The notes under the pieces were generated by a model. The model saw nothing but the letters and a program-made list of their open reading frames with translations. It was not told the DNA's origin and did not search any database. A program made the translations under genes and the position numbers. Shown here one piece after another: positions 1 through 7,976 of a stretch of 64,000 bases of DNA (its first letter is position 1; every line of letters begins with the position of its first letter). The DNA is from Minisyncoccota bacterium (GTDB lineage Bacteria > Patescibacteriota > Minisyncoccia > Phycocordibacterales > Zambryskibacteraceae), in the NCBI GenBank assembly GCA_036517475.1, contig DATDVZ010000007.1, positions 1,706-65,705 of the forward strand, in the 5' to 3' direction.

Positions 1-1227
1 GAATGAATGGACTTTGATTTCAGTCAGTCCTTCACCCAGATAAAAGAGCCTGTCAGCAAATGAAAGAATTCCCCTCGCCTGCGCCTTAAACGGCAGAATT
101 TCCTTCTGTCTGGAGCTCTCATCAACAAAAGAAACCTCTATCTGTCCCGAAGATTTTCTAAGAACAATGTAACCGGAATTATTCCTGATTATTTCAGCAT
201 CAGGGGAAATGCTACTGGCAACTTCTCTGCCTGTAAAAATATCAAGAAGAATCCCTGATGAAAGAAGCACTACCCCGCACTCATAGATTCTCACAGCGGG
301 ATCGTTTTCTCTTTCAATCATTTTTTCAAAAACAAGAGAGCCGGTTGCTAGAGAGAGCTTGACCCTCATCGTCATAGCCTGCTTTGGCACCGACACCCCC
401 GTTTCAAACGGAAATGGCGGGGCAGTGCGCAATCCGCGTTCAAAGACTTCTCTGTACCAATTCAGCAATGAATTGGGAATAAGAGAAAAATTTCGCACTG
501 CACGGTTCAGTCTGACATTCTTTGAGAAAACTGATGCATTATCCTTCATTCTTTTTTCAAGATCTGATCTGTCATAAGAGGGATGTGTGCCTTTATACGG
601 ATGTATTCCTGAAAACAGCTGGAATGTTACTACTGCCCATGAAAACCAGTCGCTATTTTCATCAAATGTTTTGGAATGCCAGTCGCGTATTGAAGGCATC
701 ACTGCAATAGCTCCCCATCGCCCTATTGCCCAAGAATCAACATCTACAATAAGTGGCGAAGGATTACTTCCTTTAAACTTCACAAGCCAGTTGAGCTCAT
801 TGGGATCAACGAGAATTGCCCCGTTATTATGCGCAAAGGCGACAGTCTCGCGCATCTTTTCTGCAAGCTCTTTTGCGTGAGAGGCGCTGAAGCCTTCTCT
901 TTGCCAGAAGTCGTTGGTAAAAACACGTGAGAGCGGATGGGCATCAGCGTAGGGCATGATGTATCCGATCGGCTCTTTTTTTTCCGAATAAGCAAGATCC
1001 AGCGGAGCAACAACGTAGGGACAGTGGAGTTTAGAAAGAATTTTTATCTTATCCGGCAGAGCAAGCGAGCGAAACTGCTTCGGATCACTGTAGATTTTTA
1101 CAACCAGATCAGTACTTAGTCTGTAAATAGAACCCTGACCGCCGGTTGCAATATGGTCTCTTGATTTAAGAGTCACGGTGCCACGGCTACTCAAGAGAAC
1201 TTTTATTGCCGCATTGGCGTTACTCAT
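1..1227 (-). CDS. Ser/Thr protein kinase, YegI-like (TerY-P triad); runs off the left edge, absent from ORF track
   Basis: Manual translation from ATG 1227 is open to position 1: Gly loop IATGGQGSIY, VVKIY, catalytic HNNGAILVDPNELNWLV, IVDVDSW, SDWFSWAV..GIHPYKG. ATGA overlap with the PP2C stop. Confidence 0.9.
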   Translation of the reverse strand, partial: MSNANAAIKVLLSSRGTVTLKSRDHIATGGQGSIYRLSTDLVVKIYSDPKQFRSLALPDKIKILSKLHCPYVVAPLDLAYSEKKEPIGYIMPYADAHPLSRVFTNDFWQREGFSASHAKELAEKMRETVAFAHNNGAILVDPNELNWLVKFKGSNPSPLIVDVDSWAIGRWGAIAVMPSIRDWHSKTFDENSDWFSWAVVTFQLFSGIHPYKGTHPSYDRSDLEKRMKDNASVFSKNVRLNRAVRNFSLIPNSLLNWYREVFERGLRTAPPFPFETGVSVPKQAMTMRVKLSLATGSLVFEKMIERENDPAVRIYECGVVLLSSGILLDIFTGREVASSISPDAEIIRNNSGYIVLRKSSGQIEVSFVDESSRQKEILPFKAQARGILSFADRLFYLGEGLTEIKVHSF

Positions 1228-2084
1228 TCTTCCTCCTTTTGGTCAGTAATTCTTATCACCGCGCCGGAAATATCATCGGATGGCTTAGACCCAGCTTTTT
1301 CAAAATCACGGATTGCCCTCATCATACGGCGCTTGAGAAATTCTCCTTCAAAATTTTTGAAGGAAAGAAATTCCCTTACCGCATCAGTCCACTTAACCCC
1401 CTCGATTTGGGCGACACCGTCGCTAAAGACTGAGAGAATTTCTATTTCATCCATCTCATCTTTTGGAAGAAACTCTGTGACACCAGATATTGCTTCACCG
1501 AGACTAAGTTCATGACTCTCTTCACTTTCACCGGCAGTATCAAGAACGTAAGTGCTTCTTCTGAAACGCAGCGAATTGAGATCGCCGCCATGAGCAGAAA
1601 GAAAACTTTCCAGATTTCCTGCGTATGCAGGATAAATAGGGATGTTATCAATCCATTCATAAAGATTGGCAACTATCCTTCCGTCTTTGTATTTTCTTGC
1701 AATAACTCCGTCTCCTTCTAAATGAAGAATCGCTCTGTCATTCTGAAGGTATGCATAAACTGCAGTTGAAAGAAGATCAGTCTGCGAAAGACCGAGTAAT
1801 TCGCTTGAACTTTTCATAATTTCTGCTGATTTTTCAGAAATTATTTGGCCTGAATTTGCATCAACTAGAGGCGAATTTATTCTGCCCTTCATTGCCCGCA
1901 AGAGTGAGAGTGCCTGAAGGCGGGCGCCAATATCTGTGTGCCTGCCGGAAGAGCAGCCGTCTGAGATGATTGCGCATGCTCTCACTGCATTTGCACCTGA
2001 AAGAGCAAAGTCCTGACATGGCAAACCTTTTTGGTAATGCAGACTTCCGATCTGGAAGTAATGGTCAGCATGAAGTATTTTCAT
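1224..2084 (-). CDS. PP2C-like protein phosphatase (YegK-like)
   Basis: H..KGLPCQD, ISDGCSS, EGDG, FSDG, SDDIS motifs. Confidence 0.9.
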   Translation of the reverse strand: MKILHADHYFQIGSLHYQKGLPCQDFALSGANAVRACAIISDGCSSGRHTDIGARLQALSLLRAMKGRINSPLVDANSGQIISEKSAEIMKSSSELLGLSQTDLLSTAVYAYLQNDRAILHLEGDGVIARKYKDGRIVANLYEWIDNIPIYPAYAGNLESFLSAHGGDLNSLRFRRSTYVLDTAGESEESHELSLGEAISGVTEFLPKDEMDEIEILSVFSDGVAQIEGVKWTDAVREFLSFKNFEGEFLKRRMMRAIRDFEKAGSKPSDDISGAVIRITDQKEEE

Positions 2085-2113
2085 TTTTTTCTCCTTTTTT
2101 TCTCCAAGGAAAA

Positions 2114-2136
2114 GGGGAACGGCAGTGCCGTTCCCC
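2114..2136 (-). terminator. Intra-operon GC hairpin followed by U-rich tract (minus strand)
   Basis: GGGGAACGGCA-C-TGCCGTTCCCC then TTTTCCTT, between vWA and PP2C genes. Confidence 0.55.
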
Positions 2137-2147
2137 GAGTGGTTGTT

Positions 2148-2900
2148 TTATATGGTAGCCGCGATGTTCTGGCTCGGACCACCAGTGCCCAGAGACTGCG
2201 ACTGACTGGAAACTGACTGGGAGATGAAGTTAGCAAGCTTTGCAAGCTTGGATGCAGTTGCGTCCCCCGCATCAATGTATTGCATTCCCGCCTCGCTCTC
2301 CAAGAGTTCAAGACGCGGGCGGAAATTTTGAGCATTGATGCCAACAGCAATACCGATAAGAGACTCAATCTCTTCACCCTGCCGCCCGCGATCCATTTCT
2401 TTGCGGAGCATCTTCGTTGTTGCAGAAGAGGCATTGTCATCTCCATCGGTAACAACAACTACAATGCCGTTAACCAGAAAGTCCTGATCCATGAGCTGTT
2501 TGGCATAGGTGTTTGTGGCACCCAATGCCGAAAAGCAAGCGTCATAGAGAGGAGTGCCGCCACCGGGATAGAGATCAGGATAAGAATCCGGATCAATCTC
2601 GGTTAGAGGCTTAAAACCGTGGATCTCTTCAATCCCGCCAGCAAAGGCAGTTGAGAAAAGAATCACACGCACAAGCATGTTATCCGAACGGGGCGATTTC
2701 TTCAGTGAAGCAATAGCTGTCTTGAGGCACTTTTTCAACTCTGCCTCAAAACCTGAAACCGAACCAGTGACATCAACTGCCACTGTTGCCAAAGTGTACT
2801 CGGTTGCACCGAGTTTCTCCACTTTGGTAGCGGAGAACTTGAAAGCCTGCATACCTCTTATGGAGGCGACCTGCATGCTTTTATCAGTAAGGCGCGGCAT
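2148..2900 (-). CDS. vWA-domain protein, TerY/YegL-like
   Basis: MIDAS-like DVTGS, GGGTPLYDA, VTDGDD; start set to ATG 2900 (SD AAGGGAG). Confidence 0.85.
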   Translation of the reverse strand: MPRLTDKSMQVASIRGMQAFKFSATKVEKLGATEYTLATVAVDVTGSVSGFEAELKKCLKTAIASLKKSPRSDNMLVRVILFSTAFAGGIEEIHGFKPLTEIDPDSYPDLYPGGGTPLYDACFSALGATNTYAKQLMDQDFLVNGIVVVVTDGDDNASSATTKMLRKEMDRGRQGEEIESLIGIAVGINAQNFRPRLELLESEAGMQYIDAGDATASKLAKLANFISQSVSSQSQSLGTGGPSQNIAATI

Positions 2901-2923
2901 ATGATTCTCCCTTTCTTCCGGCC

Positions 2924-3751
2924 TTAGGCCAGAAAATCTTTTGAGGTGGTGAGGGTCATGCCGAGCCTCTGCATATCCTTGAGCCAGTCTGCCGCGATTG
3001 CCGGAAAATCCGGACCGCCAGGCACTGCTCCCACAGGACTCATGCAATCGGTAATGAGCTCAAACTTCTTGATGTGCTCGGTGCCGATATTCTCTGCAAT
3101 CTGATTGACAGTTGTCAAAACGCAGTGGCTTGAAGCTTCTCCCGCAATACCGATTTTGTCGGCAGTGGAGAGCATGTCAAGAACTGCTGTATTGAGAGCC
3201 GTTCCCGGATCTTCAGCGTCGGGAACTTCAGCCATCAATGCACCATAGTGTTCAGTAAAGGGATTAGAGCCCTTGGTGACATAGTCCACAAGCGCAAACT
3301 GATTCTCCGACCAGCGCTGAAGTGAGGCATTGAGATCAGAGTGAACATTGTGACCCCAAGTGCCAATCAGACAATGCTCCGGCCAAACCATCAGAAGATA
3401 CTTGCCGCCGGCTTCCAGACTTCTTGCATACTGCAGAGCCCTTGTGCGAAGCGATGGGTTTCTTGGTGTCCAGAGCCCGGTCTCAATATCGCCTGCGCGA
3501 ATGATTGTAAAAGGCGATGGCCTCTTACCGCTTGCATCAGACCAGAAACCCGGGTGAGCGATGTCAATCTTGCGATGACTGTCCAGCGTGACATGGATGT
3601 CATCGAGCTTGTGCCCGACCCGGTCAATCAATTTGGCAAGCCGCTTCATATCAGCGTCTGCGCCTTTGACCGGCAGAGCAGCCCCTGCGATGTCGCAGAA
3701 GTCATTCTGCGGATCAATGGCCATTAGGTGAACTTTGTAACTGCGTGACAT
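2924..3751 (-). CDS. pncA: Nicotinamidase-like cysteine hydrolase (isochorismatase family)
   Basis: IDPQNDF, TLDSH, WPEHC, TKG, SHCV (Asp-Lys-Cys triad and metal ligands). Confidence 0.8.
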   Translation of the reverse strand: MSRSYKVHLMAIDPQNDFCDIAGAALPVKGADADMKRLAKLIDRVGHKLDDIHVTLDSHRKIDIAHPGFWSDASGKRPSPFTIIRAGDIETGLWTPRNPSLRTRALQYARSLEAGGKYLLMVWPEHCLIGTWGHNVHSDLNASLQRWSENQFALVDYVTKGSNPFTEHYGALMAEVPDAEDPGTALNTAVLDMLSTADKIGIAGEASSHCVLTTVNQIAENIGTEHIKKFELITDCMSPVGAVPGGPDFPAIAADWLKDMQRLGMTLTTSKDFLA

Positions 3752-3847
3752 AATTTTTTTCTCCTTTTTGTGGGTTAGTTTTTTGTTACTGTAGCCTGCG
3801 AAATTTTACTTCTTTTCCTCCTTTCTTTATTTTGATTTCAATGTACT

Positions 3848-3890
3848 AAGTGTTCTAAGTACACTATATTCTTATGTTATTTATTGTCAA
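3848..3890 (-). promoter_or_regulatory. sigma70 promoter of the pncA-vWA-PP2C-kinase operon with overlapping NrtR-like operator
   Basis: TTGACA (3890-3885)-N16-TATAGT (3868-3863); AGTGT-TCTAAGT-ACACT at 3849-3865. Confidence 0.7.
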
Positions 3891-3920
3891 GCATACACTA
3901 ACTAAAATGTGGATAAAATA

Positions 3921-3950
3921 AAAAAACCCTCGATCGTTTCCAATCGAGGG
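3921..3950 (-). terminator. Intrinsic terminator after pncB
   Basis: CCCTCGAT...ATCGAGGG stem with T-run on minus strand. Confidence 0.7.
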
Positions 3951-3960
3951 CTCTATACCT

Positions 3961-5283
3961 TTATACTTTGACGACTTGACTAATTCGGCCTCTGTTGCCG
4001 AATATCCAGATATACCTTTCTATCTCCTCTTTCGGGCCGGTGGCTTTGCCAATATTGTCAGAAAGTTTAACGCAAGGTCTGCCATTTGCACTTACTACTT
4101 TGCAAACCATCGAGAAGGGACGAAGAAGCGGATACTTGGGGTGACAGCCTCTAAAATCATTTCCAAAGAGTGTCCCCCACCCGAATGATAGGTTGATCTT
4201 ATCTCCGAGCTCTTTTTGAATTTCAATCATTGAACCAACATCAAGGCCATCTGATGGAATCATTAGCTTGGACTTAGGATCAACACCGTGGCGCTTGAGC
4301 CAGTTAATATAGCGATACCCTGACTGCACTGGATCTCCTGAATCCTGACGGAAGCCCTTCCAGTCAAGGAGAAACTTCGGAGCATTCTCAAAAAACTGCG
4401 CTGTCCCATATGTATCGGGTAAGAAAATTCTCAGCCCCGGACCATATACCTCTTGCCAAAGAAGAGGCACTCTGTACTGCTGCCGAAGCATTTCCTGCTC
4501 TGAATCCTCTAGAGCAGTAAGGACCATGGGAAGTTCATGGGCATTAGTGCCGATGGGAATCAAATCATAGTGAAATGCCATCCATGTATTTGATGTTCCC
4601 ACAAGCAACTCTGGAAAATTTCTCGCCGTAAAACCAACAGCATGCTTCTGCCAGAGAAAACTATGCCGCCTTCTCTGACAGAAATCTGAAAAGCGAATAT
4701 TGTTATCTGAAAGCAGTTCAAGCTTTCGGATAAGTTTGCCCTCTGCATTTTCATAAATCTCAATCAGATCCTGATCCGGAATACTTCTCATCACAGCGCG
4801 GTTATAGAGCTCATTGACAATTGCTACAGCAATAGTCTCCCACATGGTTGCCGTCTCCCACGGCCCACTGAATTCGAGCTCAATACTCTCGCCTTTCATT
4901 TCAAGCTTGTAGGGAGAGAGCCGAAAGTTTTCGAGAAACTCAAGGTAGCTTTCATTGAACATATTTGCCTGATAGAGATTGATCCCCCGCAGGTAATATA
5001 AGTCAGTGCGCCTGAATGCAACTCCCATCATGTAATCAAGACTTTGACGTAAGTCATCTTCCCTGATCAGGGCTCCAACTAGCACATCAGGATCGCGGAT
5101 GATGAGTTTAAATGTAACCTCTGTACCGCGAAACTTGATAAATATAAACTGTCCCATGGTGAACTTATAGAAGTCCACATCCATGAGAGAGCGTACCGGA
5201 GGGTGAAAACTCGTCTGCGTCTCGCGCACCATGTCTACAAAATCTCTGGCTTTTAATCCCTTCTCAAACTCGGCGGTCTGCAT
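3961..5283 (-). CDS. pncB: Nicotinate phosphoribosyltransferase
   Basis: DVDFYKFTM, RRRHS, GTSN, GTNAHE, PDTYG, RQDSGDP, SDGL, FGWGT, KLSD. Confidence 0.95.
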   Translation of the reverse strand: MQTAEFEKGLKARDFVDMVRETQTSFHPPVRSLMDVDFYKFTMGQFIFIKFRGTEVTFKLIIRDPDVLVGALIREDDLRQSLDYMMGVAFRRTDLYYLRGINLYQANMFNESYLEFLENFRLSPYKLEMKGESIELEFSGPWETATMWETIAVAIVNELYNRAVMRSIPDQDLIEIYENAEGKLIRKLELLSDNNIRFSDFCQRRRHSFLWQKHAVGFTARNFPELLVGTSNTWMAFHYDLIPIGTNAHELPMVLTALEDSEQEMLRQQYRVPLLWQEVYGPGLRIFLPDTYGTAQFFENAPKFLLDWKGFRQDSGDPVQSGYRYINWLKRHGVDPKSKLMIPSDGLDVGSMIEIQKELGDKINLSFGWGTLFGNDFRGCHPKYPLLRPFSMVCKVVSANGRPCVKLSDNIGKATGPKEEIERYIWIFGNRGRISQVVKV

Positions 5284-5454
5284 ATCTCCCTCCCTTTTTG
5301 TAGTCGTTAATGTAATTGTGAAAGAACACTTGCCTCATATGAGGCAGAAAACTGGAATGAATTTGATTGCAGTTTTCTGCCACCTATTGCTTTACAAGCT
5401 ATAACATTCTTGATAGTCTTGTCAACATTGATTATGTGTTGTCTTCAATTAAAA

Positions 5455-5475
5455 ATAGTGTATTATTAACACTAT
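5455..5475. promoter_or_regulatory. NrtR-like operator upstream of nadE
   Basis: Perfect 7-7-7 palindrome ATAGTGT-ATTATTA-ACACTAT, 4 nt before the ATG; GT-N7-AC core. Confidence 0.7.
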
Positions 5476-5479
5476 ATAC

Positions 5480-7426
5480 ATGAGAAATAAAAAGTCAAAT
5501 GCAAATGAATACGGCTTCCTACGCGTTGCCTCAGTAGTACCCGCTCTTAAGCTTGGCAATATTTCATATAATGAAATTGAGATTGAAAAAAGTACCAGAA
5601 GTGCCGAGTCGAAGGGCGCAAGACTTGTGGTTTTTCCCGAGCTTTCAGTAACCGGATATTCTATCGGCGATCTCTTGCATCAGGAAATTATTCTTAAAGA
5701 AACCAAAAAGGCGCTATTATCACTGGCACTGAAATTAAAAAAACTTAATTGTGTTGTGGTGATCGGAGCTCCCCTAGTTATCACCGATAAGCTATTTAAT
5801 ACTGCTGTTGCAATTTCTAAAGGAAAAATAATTGCAATCGTGCCAAAAACCTATCTTCCAAGTTATAAGGAATTCTATGAGAAAAGATGGTTTTCTTCAG
5901 GGAGAGATTGTTCTGTAACAGAGACAATGATAGGTAACCAGAGGGTCTCCGTCGGTACAGATATTCTCCTTAAGATAGATGGCACTCTTGTGGCAATTGA
6001 AATATGTGAAGATCTCTGGAGTGCGCTGCCACCGAGTTCATATCATGCCCTCTCGGGTGCGGGCGTTATTGCCAACCTTTCATCATCAAATGAACTTGTC
6101 GGAAAAGCGCAATACAGGAAGGATTTGATAAAGAATCAATCAGCTAGATGCATTGCTGGATATGTTTACAGCGCATCCGGAGTAAATGAATCCACGATGG
6201 ATATTGTTTTTTCCGGTCATGCAATAATTGCCGAGAACGGGACAATACTTAATGAAGCGGAAACCTTCAGGGGCGATACCCAGATGATTATTTCTGACAT
6301 TGATATTGAACACATACTTGCTGACAGAGAAAGAATTACAAGTTTTGCCGATACGGCATCAGCTAATTTCAGAACTTACAGAACCTTTGAAATCAAACTA
6401 AGCCCAAAAGCAAAAACAGATCTGCTAAGAAGTGTGCCACAAAGACCTTTCATACCTGAAACGAAAGAAGAGTTATATGAAGTAGCCCAAGAGGTATTTA
6501 ATATTCAGGTTGCGGGACTCTCAACAAGGCTCAATCATGCAAAAATAAAAAACGCAGTAATCGGACTCTCCGGAGGGCTTGATTCCACTCTTGCCCTCCT
6601 TGTTGCAATTGAGGCTTTCAAAAAAATTTCCTTGCCTTTAAAAAACATCCACGCATTTACAATGCCGGGATTTGGGACAACCAAAACTACAAAATCAAGC
6701 GCTCACCTGCTCTCAAAGTCAGTGGGAATTAATATAGAGGAGATTGATATTACAGATGGAGTAAGATCGCATTTCAGAGATATAAAGCACAATGAAAGAG
6801 TCGAGGATCAGACATTTGAAAACGTGCAGGCAAGATACAGAACAATGCTTCTTCTAAATAAAGCAAACCAGCTTAGAGCCATTATGATCGGCACTGGAGA
6901 TCTTTCAGAAATCGCTCTTGGCTGGACTACATTTGGCGGCGATCATATGTCCCATTACAATGTGAACTGCGGAGTTCCAAAAACTTTGGTCAAGCACCTA
7001 ATCCAATGGTTTGCCGTAGAATCACAAGATAAAAAATTAAAAACAATACTAAATAAAATTCTTGAAACACCGATTTCTCCGGAACTTAAAAGGCATAGCA
7101 AGGGTAAGATCATTCATAAAACAGAAGATATAATAGGGCCATACGAATTACATGATTTTTTCCTTTACCACTTTATCCGCTGGGGATCAAAGCCTAAGAA
7201 AATATTATTTCTTGCAAAATACGCCTTTTTGAAAAAATACTCTGAACAAAAAATTAAGAATACTCTCAAAATTTTCATAGAAAGATTTTTCAACAACCAA
7301 TGGAAGCGCTCCGTCATGCCAGACGGGCCAAAGGTCGGATCAGTTTCACTTTCACCCCGAGGCGACTGGAGAATGCCATCTGATGCGGATGCAAAACTCT
7401 GGATCAGAGATACTGACACGGCTTGA
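5480..7426 (+). CDS. nadE: Glutamine-dependent NAD+ synthetase
   Basis: Nitrilase domain (FPEL, PKTYLP, EICEDLW) plus synthetase domain (SGGLDS, ENVQARYR, GTGDLSE, QWKR..PDGP). Confidence 0.97.
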   Translation: MRNKKSNANEYGFLRVASVVPALKLGNISYNEIEIEKSTRSAESKGARLVVFPELSVTGYSIGDLLHQEIILKETKKALLSLALKLKKLNCVVVIGAPLVITDKLFNTAVAISKGKIIAIVPKTYLPSYKEFYEKRWFSSGRDCSVTETMIGNQRVSVGTDILLKIDGTLVAIEICEDLWSALPPSSYHALSGAGVIANLSSSNELVGKAQYRKDLIKNQSARCIAGYVYSASGVNESTMDIVFSGHAIIAENGTILNEAETFRGDTQMIISDIDIEHILADRERITSFADTASANFRTYRTFEIKLSPKAKTDLLRSVPQRPFIPETKEELYEVAQEVFNIQVAGLSTRLNHAKIKNAVIGLSGGLDSTLALLVAIEAFKKISLPLKNIHAFTMPGFGTTKTTKSSAHLLSKSVGINIEEIDITDGVRSHFRDIKHNERVEDQTFENVQARYRTMLLLNKANQLRAIMIGTGDLSEIALGWTTFGGDHMSHYNVNCGVPKTLVKHLIQWFAVESQDKKLKTILNKILETPISPELKRHSKGKIIHKTEDIIGPYELHDFFLYHFIRWGSKPKKILFLAKYAFLKKYSEQKIKNTLKIFIERFFNNQWKRSVMPDGPKVGSVSLSPRGDWRMPSDADAKLWIRDTDTA

Positions 7427-7451
7427 CATTATCAAATAATTAAGATAAAAT
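7423..7451 (+). promoter_or_regulatory. sigma70 promoter for the RyR-repeat gene
   Basis: TTGACA-N17-TAAAAT overlapping the nadE stop. Confidence 0.7.
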
Positions 7452-7488
7452 GCAGGAAGATTTGAATTCCCTAAACGAGGAGGAAATA

Positions 7489-7935
7489 ATGGAGACTATC
7501 CTTAAACGAGAAATCCTAGTTTCTCTTGTTGCTAGTCAGGCACATGAAGACTGGCGCAGAGAATGGAAAAGCCAAAATGGTGAAACTGCGAGAGTGAAAA
7601 AGACTACAGATACAGCGTGGGCTGCTGCGCATAATGGTAAAGACCATTTGGATATTGCGGCAACCGCCTACGAAGATCTGCCATCTGATTGGCAAAGGGA
7701 AAATAGGTTGGCTGCAGAAGTTGCGGTTGATGCAGTCATCGCCGCTCTCGAACAAGGAAGAGTAATGGATAGTTTATTTATTGAGGAAGTTTCCGCTATC
7801 TGCCATGAAAAATGGATTGAGCGGAATGCTCTTTGGGCCAGCGCTGAACAAAAACGATCGTATTTTGAACTTCCAGAATCAGAGAAGGAAAAGGATCGCC
7901 TTTTTGTTCGACGAGCGATGGTGGCAGTTGCGTAG
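7489..7935 (+). CDS. RyR (ryanodine receptor repeat)-like protein with two repeats
   Basis: AHEDWRREW...YEDLPSDWQRENR and CHEKWIERN...YFELPESEKEKDR; start ATG 7489 after GAGGAGG. Confidence 0.7.
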   Translation: METILKREILVSLVASQAHEDWRREWKSQNGETARVKKTTDTAWAAAHNGKDHLDIAATAYEDLPSDWQRENRLAAEVAVDAVIAALEQGRVMDSLFIEEVSAICHEKWIERNALWASAEQKRSYFELPESEKEKDRLFVRRAMVAVA

Positions 7936-7943
7936 TGTTTTGC

Positions 7944-7976
7944 TCCCGACGAAGGAGACTTCGTCGGGATTTTTTT
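7944..7976 (+). terminator. Intrinsic terminator
   Basis: TCCCGACGAAG-GAGA-CTTCGTCGGGA plus T-run. Confidence 0.8.

Noticed and set aside
359-1119. Short ORFs 359-577, 522-710, 587-880, 780-1013 and 937-1119
   Set aside because: Shadows of the minus-strand kinase (1-1227); no motifs of their own.
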